Positions 1 to 13,564 of a stretch of 60,578 bases of DNA are shown one piece after another. The notes beneath the pieces were generated by a model that was not told the origin of the DNA, did not search any database, and saw only the letters and a program-made list of their open reading frames with translations. A program made the translations under genes and the position numbers. This stretch comes from Octopus bimaculoides (Eukaryota). Location: assembly GCF_001194135.2 (NCBI RefSeq), contig NC_068988.1, positions 31,137,907 through 31,198,484 on the forward strand, in the 5' to 3' direction. Every line of letters begins with the position of its first letter. The stretch's first letter is position 1.

Positions 1-70
1 TATATATGTCTATATATGTCTATATATGTTTATATACATGTACATATATCACCAATCTATCAATCAATCA

Positions 71-126
<56 letters not shown>

Positions 127-1264
127 GTCGTCGGTGCATGTGTGTGTCTACATTTATACAAATAGTGGCTTCAATTTTCTCCACTCAAAGATTAACAAGA
201 TATTTCTTTTATTTGTCGAAAAGACCAATGAATATGGTAAATTTACTTGCCAATTGAAAAAATAAAGAGAGAGAACGATAACTAACTTTTGTTCTATAAA
301 GGGGAATGAAACCAAGCAATGGTAACAGCNNNNNNNNNNNNNNNNNNNNNNNNNNNNNNNNNNNNNNNNNNNNNNNNNNNNNNNNNNNNNNNNNNNNNNN
401 NNNNNNNNNNNNNNNNNNNNNNNNNNNNNNNNNNNNNNNNNNNNNNNNNNNNNNNNNNNNNNNNNNNNNNNNNNNNNNNNNNNNNNNNNNNNNNNNNNNN
501 NNNNNNNNNNNNNNNNNNNNNNNNNNNNNNNNNNNNNNNNNNNNNNNNNNNNNNNNNNNNNNNNNNNNNNNNNNNNNNNNNNNNNNNNNNNNNNNNNNNN
601 NNNNNNNNNNNNNNNNNNNNNNNNNNNNNNNNNNNNNNNNNNNNNNNNNNNNNNNNNNNNNNNNNNNNNNNNNNNNNNNNNNNNNNNNNNNNNNNNNNNN
701 NNNNNNNNNNNNNNNNNNNNNNNNNNNNNNNNNNNNNNNNNNNNNNNNNNNNNNNNNNNNNNNNNNNNNNNNNNNNNNNNNNNNNNNNNNNNNNNNNNNN
801 NNNNNNNNNNNNNNNNNNNNNNNNNNNNNNNNNNNNNNNNNNNNNNNNNNNNNNNNNNNNNNNNNNNNNNNNNNNNNNNNNNNNNNNNNNNNNNNNNNNN
901 NNNNNNNNNNNNNNNNNNNNNNNNNNNNNNNNNNNNNNNNNNNNNNNNNNNNNNNNNNNNNNNNNNNNNNNNNNNNNNNNNNNNNNNNNNNNNNNNNNNN
1001 NNNNNNNNNNNNNNNNNNNNNNNNNNNNNNNNNNNNNNNNNNNNNNNNNNNNNNNNNNNNNNNNNNNNNNNNNNNNNNNNNNNNNNNNNNNNNNNNNNNN
1101 NNNNNNNNNNNNNNNNNNNNNNNNNNNNNNNNNNNNNNNNNNNNNNNNNNNNNNNNNNNNNNNNNNNNNNNNNNNNNNNNNNNNNNNNNNNNNNNNNNNN
1201 NNNNNNNNNNNNNNNNNNNNNNNNTATATATATATATAATGATCAGTATGTTTCTAGTGCACCT

Positions 1265-1620
1265 GTTCATGAATGTTTCGTGATTATGGGCGATATTTTT
1301 GGGCATTCGCCAAACAGCAGGATGACTTTGATGTTGCGGTAGAAATTTCTCAGCTCAATTGCTCTAGATTGAGCAATTACTTTGAGCATTACTCTTCAGT
1401 TGTCTTTAAAATATTGAATGTTAGACTCGCTTTGTCTTCTTCTGTACTGCCTCTTAAAACACAACACTTCCTAGATAACTGAAACAGGTCTTTTCACTCA
1501 TTAGCTGATTTCAATGATTGAGTGATTCTTCTTCGCGTCTTTTGCCCAGTATTTTCTTGATTTTGTGTATTTTCAGTACATGAACTTGGCCGACATGGAA
1601 TTGGAATACTGACATATCAT
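1265..1620 (-). mobile_element. RTE-type LINE reverse transcriptase fragment (degenerate)
   Basis: Minus-strand translation gives FSYLGSVV, RGSTEED and LRNFYRNIKVILLFGE, matching the RTE RT C-terminal pattern F.YLGS...GG.EED...KLR.F.SNVKSVLLYG.E. Frameshifted. Confidence 0.65.
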
Positions 1621-2662
1621 CAACATGATTTTCGAGGAGAAATGCGTTCTCATGATACTTTCATTGAACTAAAAAGGAAGCTATAAAGGAAGTGGAACGC
1701 TGAACTAAATGTCAAACTTTATTTATTGTCACCTATTTACACTCTGAGTTTAAACTCCATTGGACTACATCTAGTCTTTCCTATCTTTGTAGCTACAACG
1801 ATAAGATAGCATAAACTACTATTCTCGACTATAAGCCTCACCTGCTTACCTTTTTGACCATTCTCAATCTAATAGCGCTATTTTTATGTAATCCATAATA
1901 TTAATTTACAGTTTAATGATTTAAGAGGAAGAGAAAGGGAATCTGTGTCCTTCATGTAGATTAAGTAAGGAAACTTCAACTAAAATTAGAAACGTTGGAG
2001 ACGTCATTATTTCAGATTATTAAGAGAGTATATTGCACTTTGCGCCGTTCGTCACTGCAACATTGATACTCAACAGACTTGACTCTCCGTATTAATTTGT
2101 GTTACTTCAAGATTTATAAGTTCTCCCCTTAACCAGCTGTATTAAACTATTAAGCAAGATAGATAGAGTTTCATTTCCTATATATCATCCTTACGGAAAA
2201 TTCTTATCTGTTTTCTGACTTCCATATTTTATGAGTTATGACATATTAAAAGTAAATTCGTTATCCAGTTTTTTTCCCTCATCGATACGATTCAAGTGAA
2301 AAGGAATAAGTGCCTACAGTGTTTCCATGCTTCTAGACATTCTATACATAGTGAGTGAAATCAAGTTCAGATTGAAACTGCAAGAAATTCGCAGACAAGA
2401 ATCAGATATTACTCAGTGACGAACTAAAATAGAAAAATAAATCACATAAACACACGCACATGCACACACACGCGCATAAACACACACCCCTTTTGTATCT
2501 CTCTTAGGTCTTCATTATTAATAGTTTTACCGATAATTGCATACCTACAAGAGAATTATTTTTCGCGCGTTCAGTTTCTAATATCTTCATATATTATACC
2601 TAATATTTATTCTTTCATCAACCTTGGGAAATAGTTCGAAGACTACATACATACATACATAC

Positions 2663-3052
2663 ATCTTGTTGTTGTTGGCACTCCGTCGCTTACGACGTCG
2701 AGGGTTCCAGTTGATCCGATCAACGGAACAACCTGCTCGTGAAATTAACGTGCAAGTGGCTGAGCACTCCACAGACACGTGTACCATTAACGCAGTTCTT
2801 GTGGATATTCAGCGTGACACAGTGACAAGGCTGGCTCTTTGAAATACAGGTACAACAGAAACAGGAAGAAAGAGTGAGAGAAAGTTGTGATAAAAGGGTA
2901 CAGCAGGGTTCACCATCATCCCCTGCCGGAGCCTCTTGGAGCTTTAGGTGTTTTTGCTCAATAAACACTCACAACGCTCGGTCTGGGAATCGAAACCGCG
3001 ATCCTATGACCGCGAGTCTGCTGCCCTAACCACTGAGCCATTGCGCCTCCAC
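2663..3052 (-). mobile_element. tRNA-derived SINE, apparently full length
   Basis: Minus strand has A box TGGCTCAGTGG (3030-3040), B box GTTTCGATTCCC (2985-2996) and a (CAA)n tail, with (TACA)n on both flanks. A diverged copy of its 3' part lies at 33490-33578. Confidence 0.85.
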
Positions 3053-3301
3053 CATACATACATACATACATACATACATACATACATACATACATACATA
3101 CATGTTTGTTTATATACACACGCACACATCTATATCTATATCTATCATTCAATCTAAAAATTTAACAAAGGATATTTTTTACTTATAACGCCCTTACATA
3201 TGTTTCGATGAAGATTGTAAGGCCAAATTACATAAGCCTGATGCAATGCAATAAATTAGGTCTCTTTTTGATGGCGCGAATATGTTATATAAATATACAC
3301 A

Positions 3302-3381
<80 letters not shown>

Positions 3382-3459
3382 CACACACAGACACACGTGT
3401 ATATATGGAGATTAATATAAATATACATATGTACATAGTATACATTTTTATATAAGTAT

Positions 3460-6272
3460 CAGAAGCGACTCCAGGTCATCAGCGTCTATCGGGCTCATCA
3501 CAGATTTCGTATAAAACATATATATAAAAGAAGGTAAGAGACGTAATGCACACCGCAGACTTATATGTGCGCTGATAAATTAACAATAAGACAGAAATAT
3601 AATTTTAATATTTAATATTTATACATGAACTCCAGTCGTCTTGGTTTGCTGGCGAACTCGTGTAATATTCTGCCATGCAGCTCCTTCTTGTTGTCCAAGT
3701 CATTCAAAATGCTTTTCTCGATGGAAATACGAGCCAGTGAAGACAGCCTGTTTTGGAACATTGTGCTTCTCAGATATGTGTGGATTTTATCCAATGTTGA
3801 GAAACGTCTCTCATTAGCAAATGATGATAAGGGGATGGTCACTGCTAGCTGAATAAGTTTAATGCATTTCGGCATAGCAGAATTCCAATTTATACAGTAA
3901 TTCTAAAAAGGAGTTGATTGACTTGCACATTTTGAAATCACTGTCAATATACATATATTTTAGCTCGTTCACTAAGCTCTTACAGTAAAAAATACATGGA
4001 TACCCGTTTTCTAGAGAGTCCATATGTTGCATGTGAAATGTATTAGCAAGCTCTTCAAACTTATTAACGTCTAGTAATTAAAAAAAATGCATACTCCTGA
4101 ATGCCAGAAAATCTCTCTCGTAAGGACATTAGAATGTTATCACTTATTTCAAGATAGGTAATTTTGTAATTAATTTGTGCACCTCTGACACTTTTTCTAG
4201 GAGCAAGATCGGACTCATCTGTCTGTTCAATGACAGCAGCTGTATTGTGCAGAATGTTTTCGTAATTTCGTCCTTACGATAACCTTCATCATAGTGAATG
4301 AAGTCATATAGTTTACTCTGACCATGCTTTATGTCGAGTAACTTACTCTATGGGATATCAAAGAATTTTCCAGCCTGAGAAAGTATTTTATGAAAGCAAT
4401 TGATGAAAAACATGAATGTGAAATCATTCAACTTTGCCAATAGATTGTCTGTTTGACAAAGTGTATCTTCATCCCACTTTTCACTAGAACCTAGAATACT
4501 TGTGAAGGCATTTTCCAAGTTTTCTTGCAATAGTTTTATGGATGACACAGTTCTTGATCTATAGCACCATCATGTTTTGCACAGTGATGAAATACTAACA
4601 TTAAACTGCTTGAAAACGTTTTTCCGCTTGGTACTGGAAGATGTACATTTGCTAAATGCGCGTAAATTAGAGAGAAAAAAACATTTTTACTCTACTCACC
4701 TTCTCGACTCTTTTACTCAATATTAAGTTAAGCTTATACACATAGCAGTGAATACAGTACGAGTGTTTAAATCATTTATCCCTTAGCTTACTCTATACAC
4801 CGTTTAGCGTTCCTACCATTACAGCTGCTCCGTCGTAAGTCTGGCTCACTAATTTATCAGTAGCGTCACTGAAGGAGTTCAACTCAGTTGCGATCACATC
4901 AGCCAGTCTTGTAGTACTTTTATCATCACTGACTTCATAGGATCCAAGAAATAGTTCACATGTTTTGCCTTCATATACATATTATGATCGACAGTTGGGC
5001 ATGCATTGCACAGTCTGTAGTTTCGTCAGCTTGTACAAACATAAACGGAGCATTATCAACTTCGGTTCTAATTTCATCAGAGATGATATTTCCAATCGCT
5101 TATATTATATCATTTTGTATTGTGCTTGAGACTCCTGAAAACTGTTTCGACCCCTGTTTAGCAGAAAGTCTAGAAGCAAACGCGCTGTCGATTTCAGCAA
5201 AGCACTGCAATAGTTCAAGGTAATTTCCTCTATTAATGCTGTCACTTCCTTCATCATGTCCACGTAAAGGCAACTCTTGTTTACACAGGTATAACACAGC
5301 ATTTGTTGACTGCGTTAAGCAGTGTCTGTTTTCTTCAGCCTCTTTGTTATGCTGTTCTTTTTCCAGTTTAGCAGACTCACTAAAAGCTGTCACAACATCG
5401 TACAGTTCGAAAGTGTTCAAGCTTTTATAACTACTTAAATGACTCACTGATTTACCGTGATGCTTACAGTCACTCAGAATGTTTTTATAATTATTATATC
5501 CCCCACCTGCCCACTACTGATTAACTTTTGGTTGAAACAACAAACATGGTCAGCCAACAAACATGGCCAATAGTAGAGTTTCTCTGTTCAATCTGTTCAT
5601 ACCATTTTATATGGAATGTTAGAGTTTTCAATGAAGGAGTCGACGTGCCTGCTCGAAAAATTTCAAGCACTATGTCTTTCTCCATTTCTAAGTTAAAAGT
5701 AAAAATAAAGCAACCCTCCAAAACACCACTGAACTTTATGCACAGACGCACAGAATAATAGCAGTCAAATAATGACAGCGATCTGACTGTCACCTGTACT
5801 CTTGACAAGGTATGCCAGTTAGTCTTTTACACCTACCAGGCTCGTTCGTATTAGCCCAAGTTACTGGATAATCTTTCGTTCCTTTAAGAATATTGTAGAA
5901 CGGAAACTTTTCCTAGGTTGAAATTTAAACCCTAATCTCTATAGAAATTTATTGCTTCAAGAAAACATGGAATTTGAATTTTTACGACTATAGATAACAA
6001 TTCGGGCTGTAACTTCTGAGTCCGAGTCAAGGGCGTGTGAACAATATCAAGAGAACGTCTGCTATGAATGATATTTTTGACGCCCGCCAGACCCTGAACG
6101 AAAATAAATGAACTGCGACCAGGCTCAATAAAAAGAGCCCGAGTTATTGGCTACAATTACATACTTGAAGTCGGTGTTAGCAGAAATTAAATCAGCTTGC
6201 AAATACACGTTCACTTTACTAAATTTATACTCGGGTTAAGCCCGAACAGCCCGGGTGTCGCAGTCTCCACTG
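3460..6272 (-). mobile_element. hAT DNA transposon (Tip100/ZMYM1-like transposase), near full length, decayed
   Basis: Minus-strand motifs in order: LCKQELPLRGHDE...NRGNYLELL (DUF4371-like), QADETTD, QTYDGAAVM, IHCYVYKLNL, T*W (for TRW), and TIPLSSFANERRFS...YLRSTM...RLSSLARISIEK (hAT dimerisation domain). Degenerate TIRs CAGAAGCGACT/CAGTGGAGACT; 8-bp flanks ATAAGTAT/ATATCTAT; repeated subterminal AGCCCG/CGGGCT. Many stops and frameshifts. Confidence 0.9.
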
Positions 6273-7476
6273 ATATCTATATATGTTCAAATACATACGC
6301 ATACATACATACGTACATACATACATACATACATAGATACATAAACACATACATACACACACACACACACACATAAATATGTGCATGAATGTATGTATGT
6401 TTGCCTTTCTGTGTTTTTTAGAACACAAATTCAAATTAATTTTTAGAAAATATTCCCTAATAAATTATATATCACAATACCAATACACTTGCGTACATTT
6501 CATAAATAATCACGACTATGGATGACGAATGTATGTGTGCGCGTGCGCGCGTGAGTGTATGTAAGAGAGTATAGGTATGGTCTTCAAACCTATATGTGTA
6601 TTATATTTCATCGAAATATGTCAAATGAAATTTGATATGAATATATCAACTACTCAGCTTATTAAATTATATAATATTTTATTAGCTTATACGATGTTTA
6701 ATTAAATTCAGTCATTTTTATCAAATACAATAACTTATAAGTGTGTATTTACTTGTACGTGTGTGCATATATATAATATTATATATATATATATGTATGT
6801 ATATATATATATATTACATATATTATGTATGTGTGTATATATTTTATATATANNNNNNNNNNNNNNNNNNNNNNNNNNNNNNNNNNNNNNNNNNNNNNNN
6901 NNNNNNNNNNNNNNNNNNNNNNNNNNNNNNNNNNNNNNNNNNNNNNNNNNNNNNNNNNNNNNNNNNNNNNNNNNNNNNNNNNNNNNNNNNNNNNNNNNNN
7001 NNNNNNNNNNNNNNNNNNNNNNNNNNNNNNNNNNNNNNNNNNNNNNNNNNNNNNNNNNNNNNNNNNNNNNNNNNNNNNNNNNNNNNNNNNNNNNNNNNNN
7101 NNNNNNNNNNNNNNNNNNNNNNNNNNNNNNNNNNNNNNNNNNNNNNNNNNNNNNNNNNNNNNNNNNNNNNNNNNNNNNNNNNNNNNNNNNNNNNNNNNNN
7201 NNNNNNNNNNNNNNNNNNNNNNNNNNNNNNNNNNNNNNNNNNNNNNNNNNNNNNNNNNNNNNNNNNNNNNNNNNNNNNNNNNNNNNNNNNNNNNNNNNNN
7301 NNNNNNNNNNNNNNNNNNNNNNNNNNNNNNNNNNNNNNNNNNNNNNNNNNNNNNNNNNNNNNNNNNNNNNNNNNNNNNNNNNNNNNNNNNNNNNNNNNNN
7401 NNNNNNNNNNNNNNNNNNNNNNNNNNNNNNNNNNNNNNNNNNNNNNNNNNNNNNNNNNNNNNNNNNNNNNNNNNNT

Positions 7477-7856
7477 ATTTTGTCTGCCGTTACGTTCTGA
7501 GTTCAAATTCTGCCAAGGTCGACTTTGCCTTTCATCCTTTAGGGGTCGATAAATTAAGTACCAGTTACGTACTGGGTTGGATGTAATCGACTTAATCCCT
7601 TTGTCTGTCCTTGTTTGTCGACTCTGTATTTAGCCCCTTGTGGGCAATAAAGAAATAAGAAACGTTAGCACGCCGAGTGAAATGCTTAGCAGTATTTCGT
7701 CTGTCTTTATGTTCTGAGTTCAAATTCTGCCAAGGTCGACTTTGCCTGTCATCCTTTCAGGGTCGATAAATTAAGTACCAGTTGCGTGCTGGAGTCGATT
7801 TAATCGACTGGCCCCCTCTCCAAAAATTTCGGGCCTTGTGTCTAGATTAGAACAGA
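7477..7856 (+). mobile_element. Two head-to-tail copies of the abundant SINE family A
   Basis: GTTCTGAGTTCAAATTCTGCCAAGGTCGACTTTGCC...GGGTCGATAAATTAAGTACCAGTT occurs twice; the same sequence recurs more than 15 times in the window. Confidence 0.85.
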
Positions 7857-7899
7857 ATATTTATCATAGAGTACATATTCATTAACAAGAATAGTGTTA

Positions 7900-8500
7900 A
7901 CAGTGACTTCAAAGTTTTGGCTTGTTTAGCCTTCATCGAATTGTGGCATATTTGAATTCATTTTAGATTTATATAATATCTGATAAGTTTAGTTTGTCCT
8001 GTGTAGGTGGAACCCTGTCGAATGGCAATTAGGTTGTAGGGTAGATTCTCATGGAAAATATTACGGAATATTTTTATTGATTAAATTTGGCGATGTGTAG
8101 TGTTATTTAGGAGTTTTATCCTGTTTGTTTTGGAAAGGTGGAGGCTATTGTTCACGGTTCAGTTTAGCATGTAAAACTTTGTAATTAAGTGTGTTCTTTT
8201 AGCTTTGTCAGCTTTAGCTCATGGAGTTTTTAAGTGTTCTCAAAAGAATGTAAGTTAGTGGAAAGGTTAGTTGGTCAGCAGATTTCTTTACTTGTTGCTG
8301 ATGTTATTTAGATTTAACCTTTTCGTTTTGGGAACGTAGAGACTGTTGTTCCAAGTTCAGTCAAAAGTTACGCGTGTATATTTAGATGTGTCAGATTTAG
8401 GTCATACTGTTTTTAGTATAAAAATTTATTTATCATGTGCTTTAGAAGTCACTAAAGGATGTGGGTAGATGGAAAGATTAGTTGGTCAGCAGATTTCTCG
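7900..8500 (-). mobile_element. Probable decayed Penelope-like element remnant with internal ~210-bp tandem duplication
   Basis: Minus strand reads RIYPYN...GSTYTGQT (7991-8049; GIY-YIG-like), followed by a decayed hammerhead (7900-7944). Two diverged units share AAATCTGCTGACCAACTAA and other blocks. Confidence 0.4.
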
Positions 8501-9553
8501 AAAGGAGTTAATTTTTCCTGATTTTACTTGATTACTGTTTAGAAAATTTAATCAATTTTTTGTCAGTTGGTAGTGTGTTTGTGCCATTTTTCATTCCATT
8601 TCTTTCTTCCAAAAGTAATTTTAGTATCATTATTTATTTCAAAGTTAAAGATAATTTGCATTTAATATTGGACCTAAGATGCACATTATTTCTTCACTTT
8701 TGTTCACTTTGTATATACTTATGCGTGTGTTTGTGTTTGTGTATGTGCGTGCATGGGGGATGTTTAATATACACATCATTCTAGGAATCATTGAAACTGT
8801 TTCATGAAGTCATAACGGCTTTGAGTTTCAATATAAATGTATTCGTTAGTGACGGATTTTATTTGGGAAGTATGAGAAGAAGTGATATCATAAAAATAAT
8901 TAAGAGCACTGTAGTTTGTTTGAAGTATTGTGCTGCGAAAGTAAAAGAAAAAAAAATAAGATAGAGAGCTACTTGCAATGCGAAAAGAGCAAGCTAAGTA
9001 ACATTTATATTATTTCAGACACAAAGGCCCACCATCAAAAGCGAACGGCTTAAAGGAATATAAGTTCACGTAGATCTTGCCATTTTGTGTATCGTACAGA
9101 CAGTCAGTTGTGCCTGGAATATATAAAAGTTACCTGTCGTTCTCTTCTCGTATTCTATGAAGCTCCTCGTCTTCAATGTTTGTTATTTTATAAAGATAAA
9201 TATTTAAAACAATGCTTCTTTAAAATAATATGTGAGAATCTCTAGTCATAACTTTAACAAAATGTCTAAATATATTTTTTAGTTTAATAATAAGTTTTTA
9301 ATTTTTGCTTATAAATAAGCTCATAAATATTTCAAGTGTTGTTCAGGCGAAAAGTCAGCATCTTATTTAAATGATGTCTACAAAATTTATATTGTAATAA
9401 ATATTCTAATTTAAATTAATTAACTGTGTAACTTATGTACGAAATAGAAATTTATTCAGAATTAGCGGGTATAATTAATCTATTTCATAAATGAAAAAAC
9501 ATAAAAAGAAGAAAAAAACCCAAACAAACTCAAGAATAAGTGTGTGAGAGCTC

Positions 9554-9812
9554 GAAGCTTGCTTTCAAATCATGTCATCTTGAGTTCAGTCCCACTGTGC
9601 GGCATCTTAGGCAAGTGTCTTCTACTATAGCGCCGGGAGGATCAATACCTTGTGAGTGGATTTAGGAGACGAAAACTTAAAGAAGCCGTCGTATACATAC
9701 ATACATACATACATACATACATACACACTGAAACACCCCCGCACGCACACACATACAGTCGCAGCCGTGGCTATGTGGCAAGAAGCATGCTTTCCAGCCA
9801 CATGGTTCTGGG
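9554..9812 (+). mobile_element. SINE family B fragments (5'-truncated body plus a separate head)
   Basis: GAGTTCAGTCCCACTG...GGCAAGTGTCTTCTACTATAGC...GTGAGTGGATTT at 9554-9695; head GTGGCTATGTGGCAAGAAGCATGC at 9758-9812. Confidence 0.7.
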
Positions 9813-10591
9813 TGGATTGAAAAAAACCCAAAGTCATTTTTAATTTTCACAGCATGTTAGTCAACACTTTACTAGTATCACTGTGTAACACGATTTTTAT
9901 CATTGAGTAACAACTGTTATTGCTTATTTGCTTACCCCTAGAATGTATGAAAAGTGGCTAATATTTCCTTCAAAGTTTGCTTTTCTTACATTTATTCAAA
10001 CCCCAAAGAATCCCTCTCAAAACATGGCTACGATACTCCCACACTACTCCCGCTCATGATCAGAGATGCACATATTATCAGCCACTAAGGAACATACTCA
10101 AGTGGTTAAGGTCAAGCAACTGACAAACAAACCTGTCTTATTGAGAAGAATACTTGCTATAACGATATTTCTGCTTCAAAAACTCAGCGCTGAATCTGTC
10201 CGAAATGTAATGGAAAATATGTCACTTTCAAAATATTGCTGTCTAAGTCACAAAAGCAGAGTTTGAAGGGAATAGTAGTCAATTCCTTTGATTTCTAGAT
10301 ACAAACAATTGGAAATAACACTTACTGACCAAAGGCAAAAAAACAAAAAGAGTTTGTTACACAGTGTAATCTGATGTATTTTTGTATCGCTTTTGTTTTT
10401 GTAAATTGTATTCCTCCTTTAATTCACCATCGATTATGTAAATTGTCTGAAAATGTGTGGCCATGAGCTCTGTGCTTCTTTTCGCACGACTATTTACTCC
10501 ATAGTTATCTTGTGGTGGTGAATACGACTGTCCTTTATATAGTTATTTTTGTTGGGATATGTGTATATTTTAGGAGTCTTGTCCAGCTTCT

Positions 10592-10714
10592 ACCACCACC
10601 ACCACCACCACCCTTCCTACATCCACCACCACCCTTCCTACATCCACCACCACCCTTCCTACATCCACCACCGCCCTTCCTACATCCACCACCACCCTTT
10701 CTACATCTCACCAC
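10592..10714. repeat. 21-bp minisatellite (CCACCACCCTTCCTACATCCA)x5 grown from an (ACC)n tract
   Basis: CTTCCTACAT core at 10613, 10634, 10655, 10676 and 10697 (the last is a variant); period 21. Confidence 0.95.
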
Positions 10715-11603
10715 AAGATGATGAAATCATCTTGTTGCTGTTGTTTAATATTGTGCAAGTTACTAAACTGAGGGTCTTCTCTTCACTACTGCTTCCATCA
10801 AGGATCACTGATTTATCATCCGTGTCCAGGACGGTCTTTCGTATCTTTGTATTGAGATATGTAGGAAACGTCACTACCGATCCATGCAATCCTGGTACCA
10901 GAAACATGCGTGTACCTTTTGAGTTGTCGAGAATTATCGCGGGCGCACATGTACCAGAAATGCCGGTCTTGCTGATGGCCATTGCATACAGGGACTTGAG
11001 ATTGTTAAGCAAATGAATTTGCTTCTAAGCTGTCAACAGGCTACTCAAAGTAACGTTATTAAGATTCATTATGGACATGTCTATGTCGTTCCATTTTATC
11101 AAAGCTTTTAGTTATCTAAGATTCTATCTCTCTTAACACCAGCCGGCGCTAAAACCGCCACACGTAAATACAGTAAAGTTCTCTTATTCGTTTTTCCTTC
11201 CCTTAAGCATTGGTTCAGAATGAATTGCTAAGATCCGCTGTTTTCACTTCATACAAGCTTTTGAATTCTTTTAGGCACCTCCAGTTATCTTCTGCAAAAA
11301 TCTGTTCATAACTATTCATGCAGTTCTTGTACGGAGCTAGCGAAGCAGAGTTTTCATGCAGTAGCTGTTGTTTATATTAGTGTTGTTGTTGCTACTGCTG
11401 TTCATGTCGCTGGCCTATTGGATGTGTAGTGGTGGCATTGATGGTGCTGGTCTTGGGTGCGACTATGTTTTTTCTCCCGTTAGTCTCGGTTTTCACACTG
11501 TCCGTTAACTCAGGCTATTGTCTAGACTACTTATAATAGTGGCGGTCGTAGTTCAACTGTTGTTTTGGCTGCCACAGTTGGTGAAAGCAATATTAATGTT
11601 GTT

Positions 11604-11730
11604 AAGGTGGTGAGCTGTCATGAATTGTTAGCATGCCAGAAAAAATGCTTCGCAGCATTTCGTCCGTCTTTACGTTCTGAGTTCAAATTCCGCCGAAGTC
11701 GTCTCTAACTTTCATCTCTTCGAGTTCAAG
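11604..11730 (+). mobile_element. SINE family A, 3'-truncated
   Basis: AAGGTGGTGAGCTG head; CGTTCTGAGTTCAAATTCCGCCGAAGTCG. Confidence 0.8.
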
Positions 11731-13456
11731 TAGGTGGGGGGGGGGGGCAATGTAACTCGCCTCCCTTATAAAACTGCTAGCCAAAATATGAAACCATAAT
11801 TTTTGTTTTTTGCTGCTGCTACCACTGTCAGAGCTGATGATGGCGGCAGCAATTGTACTATTCCGACTTCTTCCTTTCGCAAATTTTGAACACGAATGGG
11901 CAACTTACTTTTATGAAGAAAAGTCTCTCCTGCATTCACGCATCTTCTCTCTACCTACTAATTACAATCTTCTCTTCTTCGTCACATATCGCCATTTGCA
12001 ATTTGAAATTATTTTCGAACAACTTGTCATGAATTTTTTTAATGTTTATAATTGACACAGCTCCTCGTGCGGACTGATACCAGAAAAAAGAATCACTCCA
12101 GTTTGTTGGTGGCCACTTTTGAAACAAAATACACAACAAAAGGTACTCGAAGCGAAATCTCCTTCAAGTATATAACCAAGACTCTGTAACAACTGACGCA
12201 GCTGAAAACCAACGTTGATTTCACGGCAGAGACAATAATAATGACGATAATAATGATAACAACAACAACAACAACTGCAGCAGCAACAAAATATATCTAA
12301 AAGACACTGAAATGAATTTGTAAATGTTAGACTACTGTGTTACTCTACTAGTTGGTGTTCAGCTGAGTCTAAGTTACAAATGAGCAAGATGTGTGAAAGT
12401 TCCACATCATTAGTATTATTTCTCTGTGACAGTCTGTCTACACACACCAGCTTACAAACATATAGATGTACACAAATACACGAAAATACAAAGGCGTGTG
12501 TGTGTGTGTATGAATATATATATATATATATATAAATATATACATTAATACGTATACATGTGAATATATACCATATATTTAAACACATATGTGATTATGT
12601 ATATACATATTTGTGTTAATGCATTCATGTATATATATATATATATATAATGATATAGATATCTCTCTTTCTATCTTTCTGTCTACTTCTCTTTCTATGT
12701 ATATATATAATGATATATATATATCNNNNNNNNNNNNNNNNNNNNNNNNNNNNNNNNNNNNNNNNNNNNNNNNNNNNNNNNNNNNNNNNNNNNNNNNNNN
12801 NNNNNNNNNNNNNNNNNNNNNNNNNNNNNNNNNNNNNNNNNNNNNNNNNNNNNNNNNNNNNNNNNNNNNNNNNNNNNNNNNNNNNNNNNNNNNNNNNNNN
12901 NNNNNNNNNNNNNNNNNNNNNNNNNNNNNNNNNNNNNNNNNNNNNNNNNNNNNNNNNNNNNNNNNNNNNNNNNNNNNNNNNNNNNNNNNNNNNNNNNNNN
13001 NNNNNNNNNNNNNNNNNNNNNNNNNNNNNNNNNNNNNNNNNNNNNNNNNNNNNNNNNNNNNNNNNNNNNNNNNNNNNNNNNNNNNNNNNNNNNNNNNNNN
13101 NNNNNNNNNNNNNNNNNNNNNNNNNNNNNNNNNNNNNNNNNNNNNNNNNNNNNNNNNNNNNNNNNNNNNNNNNNNNNNNNNNNNNNNNNNNNNNNNNNNN
13201 NNNNNNNNNNNNNNNNNNNNNNNNNNNNNNNNNNNNNNNNNNNNNNNNNNNNNNNNNNNNNNNNNNNNNNNNNNNNNNNNNNNNNNNNNNNNNNNNNNNN
13301 NNNNNNNNNNNNNNNNNNNNNNNNNNNNNNNNNNNNNNNNNNNNNNNNNNNNNNNNNNNNNNNNNNNNNNNNNNNNNNNNNNNNNNNNNNNNNNNNNNNN
13401 NNNNNNNNNNNNNNNNNNNNNNNNNNNNNNNNNNNNNNNNNNNNNNNNNNNNNNNN

Positions 13457-13492
<36 letters not shown>

Positions 13493-13564
13493 TGTGTATA
13501 TAACCACATATACACACATACCTTACCCACTTCGATACAAAGTTTTAGTTAATTCTATTATTCT

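Noticed and set aside
4634-4699. Apparent GT-AG intron in the hAT transposase
   Set aside because: The segment reads through in frame (VSRVKMFFLSNLRAFSKCTSSSTKR) and resembles homologous coding sequence.
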